Shown here one piece after another: positions 22,380-31,860 of a stretch of DNA of 32,000 nt. The notes under the pieces were generated by a model, which saw only the letters and a list, made by a program, of their open reading frames with translations, was not told the DNA's origin and made no database searches. Source of the DNA: Gemmata obscuriglobus (GTDB taxonomy: Bacteria; Planctomycetota; Planctomycetia; Gemmatales; Gemmataceae); assembly GCF_008065095.1 (NCBI RefSeq), contig NZ_CP042911.1, positions 720,001 through 752,000 on the forward strand, in the 5' to 3' direction. The translations under genes and the position numbers were made by a program. Numbering within the stretch: position 1 is the stretch's first letter; the number at the start of each line of letters is the position of its first letter.

Positions 22380-24965
22380 ATGCGCCGTACCCTTATTATC
22401 GCCGCACTCTTGTTCGGGACCGTGCCCGCCGCGCGCGCGGCGGGCACGCCCAACGTGGTGCTGATCTTCGCCGACGACCTGGGGTACGGCGACGTGGGCT
22501 GCTTCGCCGGCGCGGGGGGCGCGCCGGCCCCGGACACGCCGCACCTCGACAAGCTCGCCAAGCAGGGCGTGCGGCTGACCGACTTCCACGTCTCGCAGGC
22601 GGTGTGCTCGGCGTCGCGGGCGTCGCTGCTAACCGGGTGCTACGCCAACCGGATCGGGATCCACGGCGCGCTGGGGCCGAACGCGCGGCACGGCCTCCAC
22701 GCCGACGAAACCACGCTCGCGGAGGTCTGCAAGAGCCGGGGGTACGCCACGGGGATGGTCGGCAAATGGCACCTCGGCCACCGCCCGCAGTTCCTGCCCA
22801 CGCGGCACGGGTTCGACTCGTACTTCGGGCTGCCGTACTCGAACGACATGTGGCCCGAGCACCCCGAGGCCAAGAAGGGCACTTACCCGCCGCTCCCGCT
22901 GTTCGAGAACGAGACGGTCGTCAACGGCAACGTGACCGCGGCCGACCAGTCCAAGCTGACCGCGCAGTACACCGAGCGCGCGGTGAAGTTCATCGCCGAG
23001 AACAAGGCGACGCCGTTCTTCCTGTACGTGGCGCACACGATGCCGCACGTCCCGCTGTTCGTCGGCGATCAATTCAAAGGTAAGTCCAAGCAGGGGCTTT
23101 ACGGCGAGGTGATTCAGGAGATCGACTGGTCGGTCGGCGAGATCCTCAAAGCTCTCGATGAGCACAAGTTGGCGCAAGACACGCTAGTGGTCTTTACCAG
23201 CGACAACGGCCCGTGGCTGAGTTACGGGAACCATGCCGGCTCCGCGGGCTTGCTCCGCGAGGGGAAGGGGACATCGTGGGAGGGCGGCACGCGGGTGCCG
23301 TTCATCGCACGGTGGCCGGAGAAGATCCCCGCCGGCGCCACCTGCGACGTCCCGGCGATGACGATCGACCTCTTGCCGACCGTTGCGAAGCTGATCGGGG
23401 CGAAGCTCCCCGAACGCAAGATCGACGGCGGGGACATCTTCCCGCTGCTCCGGTGCGCGCCCGACGCGAGTATGGCCCACGAGGCGTACTTCCACTACTA
23501 CGCGACCAACGAACTCCAGGCCGTCCGCACCCGCGCCTGGAAGCTGGTCCTGCCGCACACGTACCGCACGATGCAGGGCCAACCGGCGGGCAAGGACGGC
23601 ACCCCCGGGCGCTACAAGCAGGTGAAGATCGAGAAGCCCGAGCTGTACCACGTTTCGCAAGACCCCGGCGAGACGCAGAATGTCGCCGCCGCGAACCCGA
23701 AAATCGTGACCCAGCTTCTCGAACTGGCCGAGAAGGCGCGCATGGAGTTGGGGGACTCGCTCACCAAACGCACCGGAACGGGCACGCGCGAAGCGGGGCT
23801 CGTGAAGGACGCGGCTCCCACCCCTTCGCTCAAGAAGGAAGGGAAGGATGGCTCCTTCGCCGCCGAACTGATCTTCCCGCTGCACAAGCAGCACAACCAC
23901 GCGCCGGGGATCGTTGAGTGCCCGAACGGCGACCTGTTGGTGTCGTGGTACCGCGGCAGCGGCGAGCGCTCGGCCGACGACGTGGCCGTTTACGGCGCCC
24001 GGAAGAAGGCCGGGGCCGACACGTGGAGCGACGCGTTCTTAATGGCCGACACGCCCGGGTTCCCGGACTGCAACACGACGATGTGGGTCGATAAGGACGG
24101 CAAGCTGTGGCTGTTCTGGCCGCTGATCCTCGCGAACTCGTGGGAGTCGTGCCTCACCTCCTACCGCGTGTCGTCCGACTACCAGACGGGCGGCGCGCCG
24201 AAGTGGGAGTGGCAGGGCACCATACCCCTCAAGCCGAAGGACTTCGAGGGGGTGATGCTTCGCGAGTTCGAGGCGTGGAAGAAGCAGGTCGCGGCGGCGT
24301 CGAAGATGCCGTTCGAGCCCGACGCCGCGCCGCTGAAGAAGAAGGTCGGCGACAAGCTCCTGTCGCGCCTCGGCTGGCAGCCGCGGTGCAAACCCGTCGT
24401 GCTGGGCACCGGGCGCGTGCTCCTGCCGCTGTACTCGGACACCTACGACGCGGGCCTCATGGCCCTCTCCGACGACGGCGGCAAGACCTGGACCGCGTCG
24501 CAGCCGCTGGCGGGGTTCGGCAGCATCCAGCCCGCGGTGCTGGAGCGCAAGGACGGCACGCTCGTCGCGTACATGCGCGAGAACGGGGTGTTCAAGAAGG
24601 TGCGCGCGTGCGAGTCGAAGGACCGCGGCGAATCATGGGGAACGGTTTACAGCACCGACCTCATCAACCCGGGAAGCGGGCTCGACGCGGTGCGGCTCGC
24701 GAGCGGGAACTGGCTGATCGTGTACAACGACACGGTCAAGGGGCGCAGCCGGCTGGCAGTGTCGCTCTCGGACGACGAGGGGAAAACCTGGAAGTGGACC
24801 CGGCACCTGGAGAAGCACGAAACCGGGCAGTACCACTACCCGGCGGTGATCCAGTCGAAGGACGGGGCCGTTCACGCCGTGTACAGCTACTTCGTGGCCG
24901 ACGGCAAGAGCATGAAGCACGCCCGCTTCGACGAGGCGTGGGTCAAACAGGGTGACGGGCGGTAG
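22380..24965 (+). CDS. secreted arylsulfatase (formylglycine type) fused to a C-terminal BNR/sialidase-like beta-propeller
   Basis: Signal peptide MRRTLIIAALLFGTVPAARA. Sulfatase motifs are NVVLIFADDLGYGD, the FGly site CSASRASLLTG, GKWHLG and TSDNGPW. The C-terminal ~370 aa carry three Asp-box (BNR) motifs: SDDGGKTW, SKDRGESW and SDDEGKTW. The track start at 22359 is a TTG and the ATG at 22380 is preferred. Confidence 0.9.
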   Translation: MRRTLIIAALLFGTVPAARAAGTPNVVLIFADDLGYGDVGCFAGAGGAPAPDTPHLDKLAKQGVRLTDFHVSQAVCSASRASLLTGCYANRIGIHGALGPNARHGLHADETTLAEVCKSRGYATGMVGKWHLGHRPQFLPTRHGFDSYFGLPYSNDMWPEHPEAKKGTYPPLPLFENETVVNGNVTAADQSKLTAQYTERAVKFIAENKATPFFLYVAHTMPHVPLFVGDQFKGKSKQGLYGEVIQEIDWSVGEILKALDEHKLAQDTLVVFTSDNGPWLSYGNHAGSAGLLREGKGTSWEGGTRVPFIARWPEKIPAGATCDVPAMTIDLLPTVAKLIGAKLPERKIDGGDIFPLLRCAPDASMAHEAYFHYYATNELQAVRTRAWKLVLPHTYRTMQGQPAGKDGTPGRYKQVKIEKPELYHVSQDPGETQNVAAANPKIVTQLLELAEKARMELGDSLTKRTGTGTREAGLVKDAAPTPSLKKEGKDGSFAAELIFPLHKQHNHAPGIVECPNGDLLVSWYRGSGERSADDVAVYGARKKAGADTWSDAFLMADTPGFPDCNTTMWVDKDGKLWLFWPLILANSWESCLTSYRVSSDYQTGGAPKWEWQGTIPLKPKDFEGVMLREFEAWKKQVAAASKMPFEPDAAPLKKKVGDKLLSRLGWQPRCKPVVLGTGRVLLPLYSDTYDAGLMALSDDGGKTWTASQPLAGFGSIQPAVLERKDGTLVAYMRENGVFKKVRACESKDRGESWGTVYSTDLINPGSGLDAVRLASGNWLIVYNDTVKGRSRLAVSLSDDEGKTWKWTRHLEKHETGQYHYPAVIQSKDGAVHAVYSYFVADGKSMKHARFDEAWVKQGDGR

Positions 24966-24979
24966 GGAACCGCACGCTC

Positions 24980-25002
24980 GCGCCGGCCCCGGGTGCCGGC
25001 GC
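24980..25002. terminator. short hairpin between convergent genes
   Basis: GCGCCGGC-CCCGGGT-GCCGGCGC forms an 8-bp stem in the 36-nt gap. Its 3' arm touches the stop codon of the - strand gene. Confidence 0.4.
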
Positions 25003-26066
25003 TACTGGGTCAGCTCGAAGTTGTCGAAGAACCCGTTTTCTTCTTCCGGCCGGGCGCGGACCCCGTTCGGTCCGCTGATCTGGACGACGATCACCGCCTT
25101 TTCGAGCACGACCATTCGCACCAGGGTGCCGCCCATGACCATTTCAAAAGCGCTGCTGCCGAGCCACCGAACGCGGTTGGAACTGCCGCCGGTGAACCGG
25201 CCGTAGCCGGTTCGCGTCATCAGGTCGCGTGACGCGCGCGGGATCGAGGTGCGGTAGCGGTGAACCTCAACGATCACCTGCGTGCCGCTCTGGCCGCGCA
25301 CGCCGAACGCCCCGAGCCCGCCGGTCCTGTACGAGAACATCGACTCGAGTTGCGGGATCTCGCCCCCGCCGGGGAGCGGTCCCCCGCCGAACCCGCCCGG
25401 CACGTTCGCGCCGAACACCGTCGGCTCGCCCGGGAACGCCGCGCGGAACCCGGACTGCGGGTAGTCGTACTGCTTCCACCCGGGCGGCACCGGTGCGCGG
25501 GCGGCGAGCACCCCGCCCGGGCCGACTAGCAGGTAGCCGCCGAGCGCGAGCCCACCGAGCAGGACCAGCCCGCCGACCACGAGCGCCACAACGCGCCCGC
25601 TTCCGCCCCCACGCGATACGCTTCTTCGCCTCCGCCGGCGCGGGCGGTCGTCGTCCTCGTAATCGTCGTCGTCCGCGCGGCGCTTCTTCTTGCGGGGGCG
25701 GTCGTCTTCGTCGCCCTCGTTGCGTCGCGCGACTTGCCGGCGAGGGGCTTCGTCCTCGTCCCCGTCGTCGGTCCACCCGCGCACCGGGTTGGCGAAGCCG
25801 CACTTGGGGCAGTGGACCACCTTGACCTTGGCGAGAACGGCGACCATCGTGTTGCAGACGACGCAGCACGAGATGGTGGTCTGCACCTTGGGCTTGGGCA
25901 CGGGCGCGGCGACCTTCGCCTCCACGACTGGCACCTCTTCGACCGGCAGGAAGGCGGGGACGGTGGCGACCGCCTTGCACTTCGGGCACCGGATCTGCTT
26001 GCCCGCGGCCGACTCCGGCGCGCTGAGCTGCGCGGGGCACCCGGGGCACGGGACGACGAGCGACAT
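25002..26066 (-). CDS. double zinc-ribbon membrane protein with a highly charged linker and an extracytoplasmic C-terminal domain
   Basis: The sequence starts MSLVVPCPGCPAQL...IRCPKCK, with a second ribbon CCVVCN...HCPKCG. An acidic/basic stretch (DDGDEDE...RKKKRRADDDDYEDDDRPRRRRRR) and one TM helix (VVALVVGGLVLLGGLALGGYLLV) follow. The start lies 2 nt after the GH32 stop codon. Confidence 0.7.
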   Translation of the reverse strand: MSLVVPCPGCPAQLSAPESAAGKQIRCPKCKAVATVPAFLPVEEVPVVEAKVAAPVPKPKVQTTISCCVVCNTMVAVLAKVKVVHCPKCGFANPVRGWTDDGDEDEAPRRQVARRNEGDEDDRPRKKKRRADDDDYEDDDRPRRRRRRSVSRGGGSGRVVALVVGGLVLLGGLALGGYLLVGPGGVLAARAPVPPGWKQYDYPQSGFRAAFPGEPTVFGANVPGGFGGGPLPGGGEIPQLESMFSYRTGGLGAFGVRGQSGTQVIVEVHRYRTSIPRASRDLMTRTGYGRFTGGSSNRVRWLGSSAFEMVMGGTLVRMVVLEKAVIVVQISGPNGVRARPEEENGFFDNFELTQ

Positions 26067-26068
26067 GG

Positions 26069-28195
26069 TTACTTCTCCCACGCGGATTTCAGGCGCCACA
26101 CGGCGCCGCTGTCCAGGCGCCCGCCGAGCCCGACCGTGCGGTTATTCTCGTTCGGGATCGCGGCGACCGACATCGCGACCCGCCCGTTGTCGGCGAACAC
26201 CTCAACGGAGCCGCGATCCACGAGCACATGAAGCAGGAACGCGCCGGCCGGCGCGTCGACCGGTGCCGTCACGCCGTTGCAGGTCAGGACATTCTTGTCC
26301 GGGTCATAGCTGAGCTTCGTTCCGCGGAGGTCGAGCACGAACGGGCGGCCGGCGCTGGCGGTGCAGATCACTTCAAACGCATCCAGGTTCTCGGCCAGCA
26401 CGGTCGGCTCTTTCGCGTCCGTGTCCTTGAACCGCGCGACCGGTTCGGCGGTTTCTCGCAACGACCGCAACTCGTCAACGGGCATCGCCGCCAGGCGCGG
26501 GCCGTCCGGGGTGGTCAGCAGCCGGAGTTCCACCGGTACGGTCATCTGTTGGTTAAACGGCGTACCGGGGAACGACACGCCCTGTGCCCAGCCGATCTGG
26601 ACCCGACGCGGCGAGTTCCCTTTCCGCGCCGGCGCGCTGTCGAACGTCTGAGCGGCGTAGAACCGGCCGTACCACAGTTGCTTCTTTTCCTTGAAGTCTG
26701 GTTTGAACTGCTTGCCGTCGAAGTCGCCGAGCAGGTACTTTCCGTCCGCGCCGTAGAGCACCCACCGACTCCGGGCGTCGCGCGGGCCTTTGCCGCTCAC
26801 GACCTGCTGGAACAGGTCCGGGCACTCGAAGAAGCCCTCGATACGGCTCGCGAACGTCCACGCCTTCAGGTCGGGCGAGGTGTAGAACGCAATCCACTGC
26901 TTCTTCTCGGCCTCGTCGTAAACGGCCATGACCCAGTTCTTCGTCGGCTCGTGCCAGATGAGCTTGGGGTCGCGGCCGGCGTGCTTCACCACCGGGTTCT
27001 TGTCGTACTCGGTCCAGGTGCGGCCCCCGTCGGTGCTGGACGCCATGCACTCGCCGCGCCCGGTGCTCGTGTAGGCCAGCACCAGCGGCGGCTTCTCCTT
27101 TGTGCCCCACCCGGATGTGTTGTCCTTGTCCACCACCGCGGACCCGGAGAAGGCCCAGTCGCCGTACTTCCTGGGGTAGAGCGCGATGCCCTCTTCCTTC
27201 CAGCGGAACAGGTCCGCGCTGACCGCGTGGCCCCAGTGCATGTTGCCCCACTCGCGCCCGAACGGGTTGTGCTGGTAGAACAGGTGCCACGCGCCGTCGG
27301 CGTACACCAGCCCGTTCGGGTCGTTGAGCCACCCCGTGCGGCTGGTGAAGTGGAACAGCGGCCGGTGCATCTCCTTGTAGATCTTGTCCGCGTCGGCCCA
27401 GCGGGGCGATTGGTCGACCAGCCCCGCGAGCTTCACGTCCGCCGGCAGCAGCGCTTCCACGGTGAGCTTCTTGCCCTTAAACGCCGACACGTCGGACGTG
27501 GCCCGGAAGTCGCCTTTGCCGTCGGTGGCGAGTTCGATGTCGAACTCGCGCACCACGGCACCGCCCACGAGGAACCGGACCCGTCGAACCGGCGCCCCGT
27601 TCTTCACCGGCAGGAGCAGGTACGGCTGCGTGAGGTCGAGCGTGGCGGTCAGCAGCTCGTTCTGCTTCTTCGTGTCGCTGAGCACGATGTGATCGACGTT
27701 GATGTGCCCCCAGCCGCCCTTCTGCTGGTCGACGATCTCGATGACCGCCTTCTGGCCGGCGAACTCGGTCACGTCCCACGAGTGCCAGTCGAGGTGCTCG
27801 CTCCCGCCCGGCCGGTCGTTCGGCCCGGTCGCGGTGCGTGCCACTTTGCCGCCGACCAGCAGATTGATGCAGGTCTTCCCGGGGTGCTTGCCGCCGCCCA
27901 CAAGGAAGTTCAGGTATTTGCGGTCGATGGTGAGTTCCGGCGAGGTGAGCGTGCCGGTGCTGTCGTCGCCGTTGAGGAAGCTGTTCACCAGCCCCTTACC
28001 GAGAAAGCCCGAGACAGACATTTGGCCCGGGAGGGTGCCCGCGGCCGGCCCCGGGCCGAACGCGGTGCCGGTGGTTTTCCAGCCCGCGCCGTACGTGCTG
28101 CCCTCGAAATCCGCGACGAGAACGTCCTTGCGGTCTTCGGCACCGAGCGGCGGCGCGAGGGCGGCACAGATGAGGAGCGAGAGAGGGAATCGCAT
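26069..28195 (-). CDS. glycoside hydrolase family 32 (levanase/inulinase/beta-fructofuranosidase-like) with a ~270-aa N-terminal accessory domain
   Basis: The ATG at 28195-28193 gives the signal peptide MRFPLSLLICAALAPPLGA. GH32 catalytic motifs are WLNDPNGL (nucleophile Asp), FSGSAV, RDPK and ECPD (acid/base Glu). The track ORF extension to 29053 overlaps the opposite-strand oxidoreductase and is discarded. Confidence 0.9.
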   Translation of the reverse strand: MRFPLSLLICAALAPPLGAEDRKDVLVADFEGSTYGAGWKTTGTAFGPGPAAGTLPGQMSVSGFLGKGLVNSFLNGDDSTGTLTSPELTIDRKYLNFLVGGGKHPGKTCINLLVGGKVARTATGPNDRPGGSEHLDWHSWDVTEFAGQKAVIEIVDQQKGGWGHINVDHIVLSDTKKQNELLTATLDLTQPYLLLPVKNGAPVRRVRFLVGGAVVREFDIELATDGKGDFRATSDVSAFKGKKLTVEALLPADVKLAGLVDQSPRWADADKIYKEMHRPLFHFTSRTGWLNDPNGLVYADGAWHLFYQHNPFGREWGNMHWGHAVSADLFRWKEEGIALYPRKYGDWAFSGSAVVDKDNTSGWGTKEKPPLVLAYTSTGRGECMASSTDGGRTWTEYDKNPVVKHAGRDPKLIWHEPTKNWVMAVYDEAEKKQWIAFYTSPDLKAWTFASRIEGFFECPDLFQQVVSGKGPRDARSRWVLYGADGKYLLGDFDGKQFKPDFKEKKQLWYGRFYAAQTFDSAPARKGNSPRRVQIGWAQGVSFPGTPFNQQMTVPVELRLLTTPDGPRLAAMPVDELRSLRETAEPVARFKDTDAKEPTVLAENLDAFEVICTASAGRPFVLDLRGTKLSYDPDKNVLTCNGVTAPVDAPAGAFLLHVLVDRGSVEVFADNGRVAMSVAAIPNENNRTVGLGGRLDSGAVWRLKSAWEK

Positions 28196-28270
28196 CGCGT
28201 GGCCCCAACGGCCCCGGGAGTGGGTCCCCGGGACTGAAACACTTGGTAACCCGAATCCGCACAGGTTACC

Positions 28271-29578
28271 ATGCTTCGCATCGCGATTCACCACGTTGTT
28301 CGCCCGTTCGGAGCGCTGCCCGTGCCGACAACCCGCCGCCAGTTCCTCACCACATCCGCCCTCACCCTCTCCGCCGCGTCTTACGCCCGCGCCGCCGACA
28401 ACCCGAGTGCCAAAATCCGGCTCGCAGTGATGGGGCTCCGCACCCGCGGTAAGCAGCTCATCCCGGGCTTCGCGGCGCTGCCCGGGGTCGAGATCTCGCA
28501 CGTCATCGACCCCGACCCCGCGATGGTGAAGCCCGCCCTGGACGTGCTCAAGAACCCGGCGTCGCTGCCCAAAATCGAAACCGACGTCCGCAAGATGCTG
28601 GACGACAAGTCCGTGACCGCCGTGGTGGTGGCGGCCCCGGACCACTGGCACGCGCTCGCGACCGTCTGGGCCGCGGAGCGGGGCAAGCACGTGTACGTCG
28701 AGAAGCCGGTGTCGCACAACCTGATTGAAGGCCGGCGAATGGTCCAAGCGGCCCGCAAGTACAAGGTGGTTATCCAGGCCGGCACGCAGCGCCGCAGCTC
28801 GACCAGCGTCGCGGCGGCGCGGGAGTTCGTGAAGTCCGGGAAGCTCGGGAAGGTGGCGTTCGCGCGGGCGTGGATCGCCGGGAGCCGCAAGCCGATCGGC
28901 AAGAAGGCCGACGGGCCGGCGCCGAAGGGCGTCGATTACGACCTGTTCCGCGGCCCGGCCCCGGAGCGTGCGTTCAACGCGAACCGGTTCCACTACAACT
29001 GGCACTGGTTCTGGGAAACGGGCACCGGCGAACTCGGCAACAACGGCATCCACGGCCTCGACGTGATCCGCAACGTGCTCCAGCTCGACGCGCCCACGCG
29101 AATCGCCTCAATGGGCGGGAAGTACGTGTTCGATGACGACCAGGAGACGCCGGACACCCAGACCGCCATGTTCGACTTCCCGGGGTGTACGGTGGTGTGG
29201 GAGCACCGGGTGTGGGAGAAGAGCGGTCCCGAGAAGCAGTCGTTCGGGATCATTCTGCACGGCGAGAAGGGGTCGTTGCTGTTCGACGGGAGCGGCTGGC
29301 ACGTGCGCGACGGGGAGGAGATCAAGGAACCGAACGGCCCCGACATGGTGAAGGCACACCAGAAGAACTTCATCGACGCCGTCCGCGGCGACGCGAAGCC
29401 GAACGCGGAGGTGGAGGAGGGCCACAAGAGCACGCGGCTGTGTCATCTCGGGAACATCGCGTTCCGGACGGGCAAGGTGCTGAAGTTCGACGCCGCGACC
29501 GAGACGACGGATTCGTCAGAGGCGAACAAGCTGCTCGGCCGCGAGTACCGCAAGGGGTTCGAACTGCCGGCGGTGTGA
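28271..29578 (+). CDS. Gfo/Idh/MocA family oxidoreductase with twin-arginine (Tat) signal
   Basis: The Tat motif is TTRRQFLTTSALTLSAASYARA. The Rossmann region is IRLAVMGLRTRG, with the EKP motif in HVYVEKPVSHN, and NNGIHGLD. Confidence 0.85.
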   Translation: MLRIAIHHVVRPFGALPVPTTRRQFLTTSALTLSAASYARAADNPSAKIRLAVMGLRTRGKQLIPGFAALPGVEISHVIDPDPAMVKPALDVLKNPASLPKIETDVRKMLDDKSVTAVVVAAPDHWHALATVWAAERGKHVYVEKPVSHNLIEGRRMVQAARKYKVVIQAGTQRRSSTSVAAAREFVKSGKLGKVAFARAWIAGSRKPIGKKADGPAPKGVDYDLFRGPAPERAFNANRFHYNWHWFWETGTGELGNNGIHGLDVIRNVLQLDAPTRIASMGGKYVFDDDQETPDTQTAMFDFPGCTVVWEHRVWEKSGPEKQSFGIILHGEKGSLLFDGSGWHVRDGEEIKEPNGPDMVKAHQKNFIDAVRGDAKPNAEVEEGHKSTRLCHLGNIAFRTGKVLKFDAATETTDSSEANKLLGREYRKGFELPAV

Positions 29579-29599
29579 TGTGAGCCGGCCAAGGGCCGG

Positions 29600-29638
29600 G
29601 GCGCGGTCGAACTGTAACGGATGCGGCTCGACCGCGCC
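29600..29638. terminator. hairpin between convergent genes
   Basis: GGCGCGGTCGA (29600-29610) pairs with TCGACCGCGCC (29628-29638) as an 11-bp perfect stem in the 66-nt gap. Confidence 0.5.
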
Positions 29639-29644
29639 GCGCCG

Positions 29645-30895
29645 TCACTTCCCCTGATTCCAGTAAATGCGCGCGTTCCCGGTCACACGGCCAACGGCGA
29701 TGATGTCGGGCCGGCTGTCGCTATCGAGATCGGCCACGGTCAGGTCTTCGACCGCCACGCCGCCGTCTTCAATGATGGTGCGGTCCCACTTGGCTCCTTT
29801 GCCGTCGGTGCACTTGTAAACCCGCACCCCGCGGCGCTCCTTGAACGTGTCGCCCAGCTTCGGGTTTGGGTCGTCGCGCACCCCGATGACGAGTTCGTCG
29901 GCGCCGTCACCGTCGAGGTCCGCGAACCACACCGCGTGCCCCCAGCGCAGTTGCTCGTCAATCACGTGGCGTTGCCAGGTTCCGCCCGTTTGCGTTGGGG
30001 TGTACGTCACCACCTGATTCCCGTGCCACGGCTCGACGGTTGCGATCACCCGGGCGGCTTTACTCACTTGCCCCGGTTTGATCTCGCTCGCACCGCGGCT
30101 GCCCTTGGGGTTGGCCTGGTTGCCTTCACCGATTTTGTTCACCGACCAGCCGGTCCCGCCCCCGCGGAGCACATGGACGCCGTCGTAGCTTGTGACCAGC
30201 ACGCCGGTCATGGGGCGCCCCCCGGCGCCGCTATGTCCGAGAAGGGCGAAGTTGTGGCACACGTGCAGTTCTTCCGAGAGTACCTGCGTCTTCCAGTTTT
30301 CCTTCTTCTCGGGCTCCTTTGCCGGTACCTTCAACGCCACGATGCGAACCGGCTTGCCGTCGGTCCAGTTGCCCTTCGCGCTCGACCCACGGCCCATCAG
30401 CGGCACGTGAACGATTTCCGGCTTCCCGTCGCCGTCGATGTCGAAGCAGCGCACGCGGTGGACCGTCGGCTCCTCGCAGGGGAGTTCGTACATCGCCCAC
30501 TCTTTGGTCGCGTCTGCACCGCGTTTCAGCCACACGAGTTGTCCCGGGTTTGCGGTGTCGAACGGCTTCCACGCCGCGCCGACCACCAGTTCCGGGAGCC
30601 CGTCGCCGTCGATGTCGATCGGGGCGACACACACGTTGTCCGGCTTCGTCTTGCCGTCGAGGATGACGAACTTCTTCCAGCCCGCGCCCGCCTTCCCGGG
30701 GTTCTGATACCAGACGACCTTGTGCTGATCGACCACCACGATGTCGGGCCTTTTGTCGCCATCAATGTCGGCGGTGACGACCGCGTACCCAATCTTCAGT
30801 CCGGTGTCGATCTCTTGAGTTTTAAATCTCGGCGCGTCTGCGGCGAATGTCTGGAAACCGCAGAGTGCGGCGGTGACGGCGAGTAGGTGGCGCAC
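29645..30895 (-). CDS. FG-GAP/VCBS repeat beta-propeller protein with signal peptide
   Basis: GTG start. The N-terminus is MRHLLAVTAALCGFQTFAA. Ca-binding loops recur: DIDGDKRPDIVVVD, DIDGDGLPELVVGA, DIDGDGKPEIV, DLDGDGADELVIG, DLDSDSRPDIIAVG. Confidence 0.85.
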   Translation of the reverse strand: MRHLLAVTAALCGFQTFAADAPRFKTQEIDTGLKIGYAVVTADIDGDKRPDIVVVDQHKVVWYQNPGKAGAGWKKFVILDGKTKPDNVCVAPIDIDGDGLPELVVGAAWKPFDTANPGQLVWLKRGADATKEWAMYELPCEEPTVHRVRCFDIDGDGKPEIVHVPLMGRGSSAKGNWTDGKPVRIVALKVPAKEPEKKENWKTQVLSEELHVCHNFALLGHSGAGGRPMTGVLVTSYDGVHVLRGGGTGWSVNKIGEGNQANPKGSRGASEIKPGQVSKAARVIATVEPWHGNQVVTYTPTQTGGTWQRHVIDEQLRWGHAVWFADLDGDGADELVIGVRDDPNPKLGDTFKERRGVRVYKCTDGKGAKWDRTIIEDGGVAVEDLTVADLDSDSRPDIIAVGRVTGNARIYWNQGK

Positions 30896-31071
30896 GGCAA
30901 CTGGTTCTCACGGGATGGGAAGATGGGGCGGCTCCGCGGAGCGCCCAGCTTACCACACCGACCCGTTCGGTACACAACTCCTTGCGGCCCGACAGTTGGA
31001 ACCGGACAATACGCCTCTGAGGTTGCCCGGCGCCCGGTTTGTGGGATCCTGAACGCACGAGGAAACGGTTG

Positions 31072-31860
31072 ATGTCGATACCCGCGTCTCACCGCCCGGC
31101 CCGGGAATGGCTCCTGCTCCTGATCGCGCTGGCGGTCGTGGCGGTGGTGGTGGCGCCGCTGTGGCAGTTGATGGGCAGCCCGGAGTCCCGGGCCGAACTG
31201 GAGGCGCGGTGGACCCGGGACCGGCTCGCGAAGCTGTTCCTCGGCTTCGAGCAGGTGCTGTGTTACGTTTGCGCGGCGTGGGCCGTACTGATCCTCCAGA
31301 GCCGGTTCCGCGAGGTGCTGGCCCAGCGCCGGGCGTTCGCCCTGGACCTGTTGCCCACGGAAGAGGGGGCACGCATCTTGCCCGAAGACGCCCGCCCGCT
31401 CGGTCGGAAGCTCGAGCAGGTGACCGCCGGCCGGCCGCTCGTCCTGGCGAACCTGGTGCGGCTGGGGCTGGGGAAGTTCGCCGTGAGCAAGTCCGCGACC
31501 GACGTCGCGGAGGTGGTCCGGAACCAGGCCGATGTCGAAATGTCGCGGATGGTGACCGGGATGTCCACGGTCCACTACCTCGCCTGGGCGATCCCGGCGA
31601 TCGGTTTCGTCGGCACCGTCCGCGGGCTGGGCGGCGCGTTCGGCGCCGAAGCGACCGACATCGCGGAGTTCACGCGCCAGGCGAAGGACCAACTGAAGGT
31701 CGCGTTCGACTGCACGCTGGTGGCCCTCGTGCTGAGCCTCGTGCTGATGTATTTGGTCCACGCGGTGCAGCGGGCGGAGGAGTCGCTCGTCACGGACGCG
31801 CAGCAGTACTGCCAGGAGCACCTCCTGCTGCGGTTGTACTCAGGGGGCGAGGGGGAGTGA
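31072..31860 (+). CDS. MotA/TolQ/ExbB proton-channel family-like membrane protein
   Basis: GAGGA lies 8 nt upstream of the ATG at 31072. There is an N-terminal TM (WLLLLIALAVVAVVVAPLW). The C-terminal core AIPAIGFVGTVRGLGGAF...AFDCTLVALVLSLVLMYL resembles the MotA_ExbB channel signature. The assignment is tentative. Confidence 0.55.
   Translation: MSIPASHRPAREWLLLLIALAVVAVVVAPLWQLMGSPESRAELEARWTRDRLAKLFLGFEQVLCYVCAAWAVLILQSRFREVLAQRRAFALDLLPTEEGARILPEDARPLGRKLEQVTAGRPLVLANLVRLGLGKFAVSKSATDVAEVVRNQADVEMSRMVTGMSTVHYLAWAIPAIGFVGTVRGLGGAFGAEATDIAEFTRQAKDQLKVAFDCTLVALVLSLVLMYLVHAVQRAEESLVTDAQQYCQEHLLLRLYSGGEGE

Noticed and set aside
26069-29053. 994-aa ORF suggesting a much larger GH32 protein
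   Set aside because: Everything upstream of the ATG at 28195 is Arg/Gly/Pro-rich. It overlaps the well-supported opposite-strand Gfo/Idh/MocA gene and precedes a clean signal peptide (MRFPLSLLICAALAPPLGA). The true CDS is 26069..28195.
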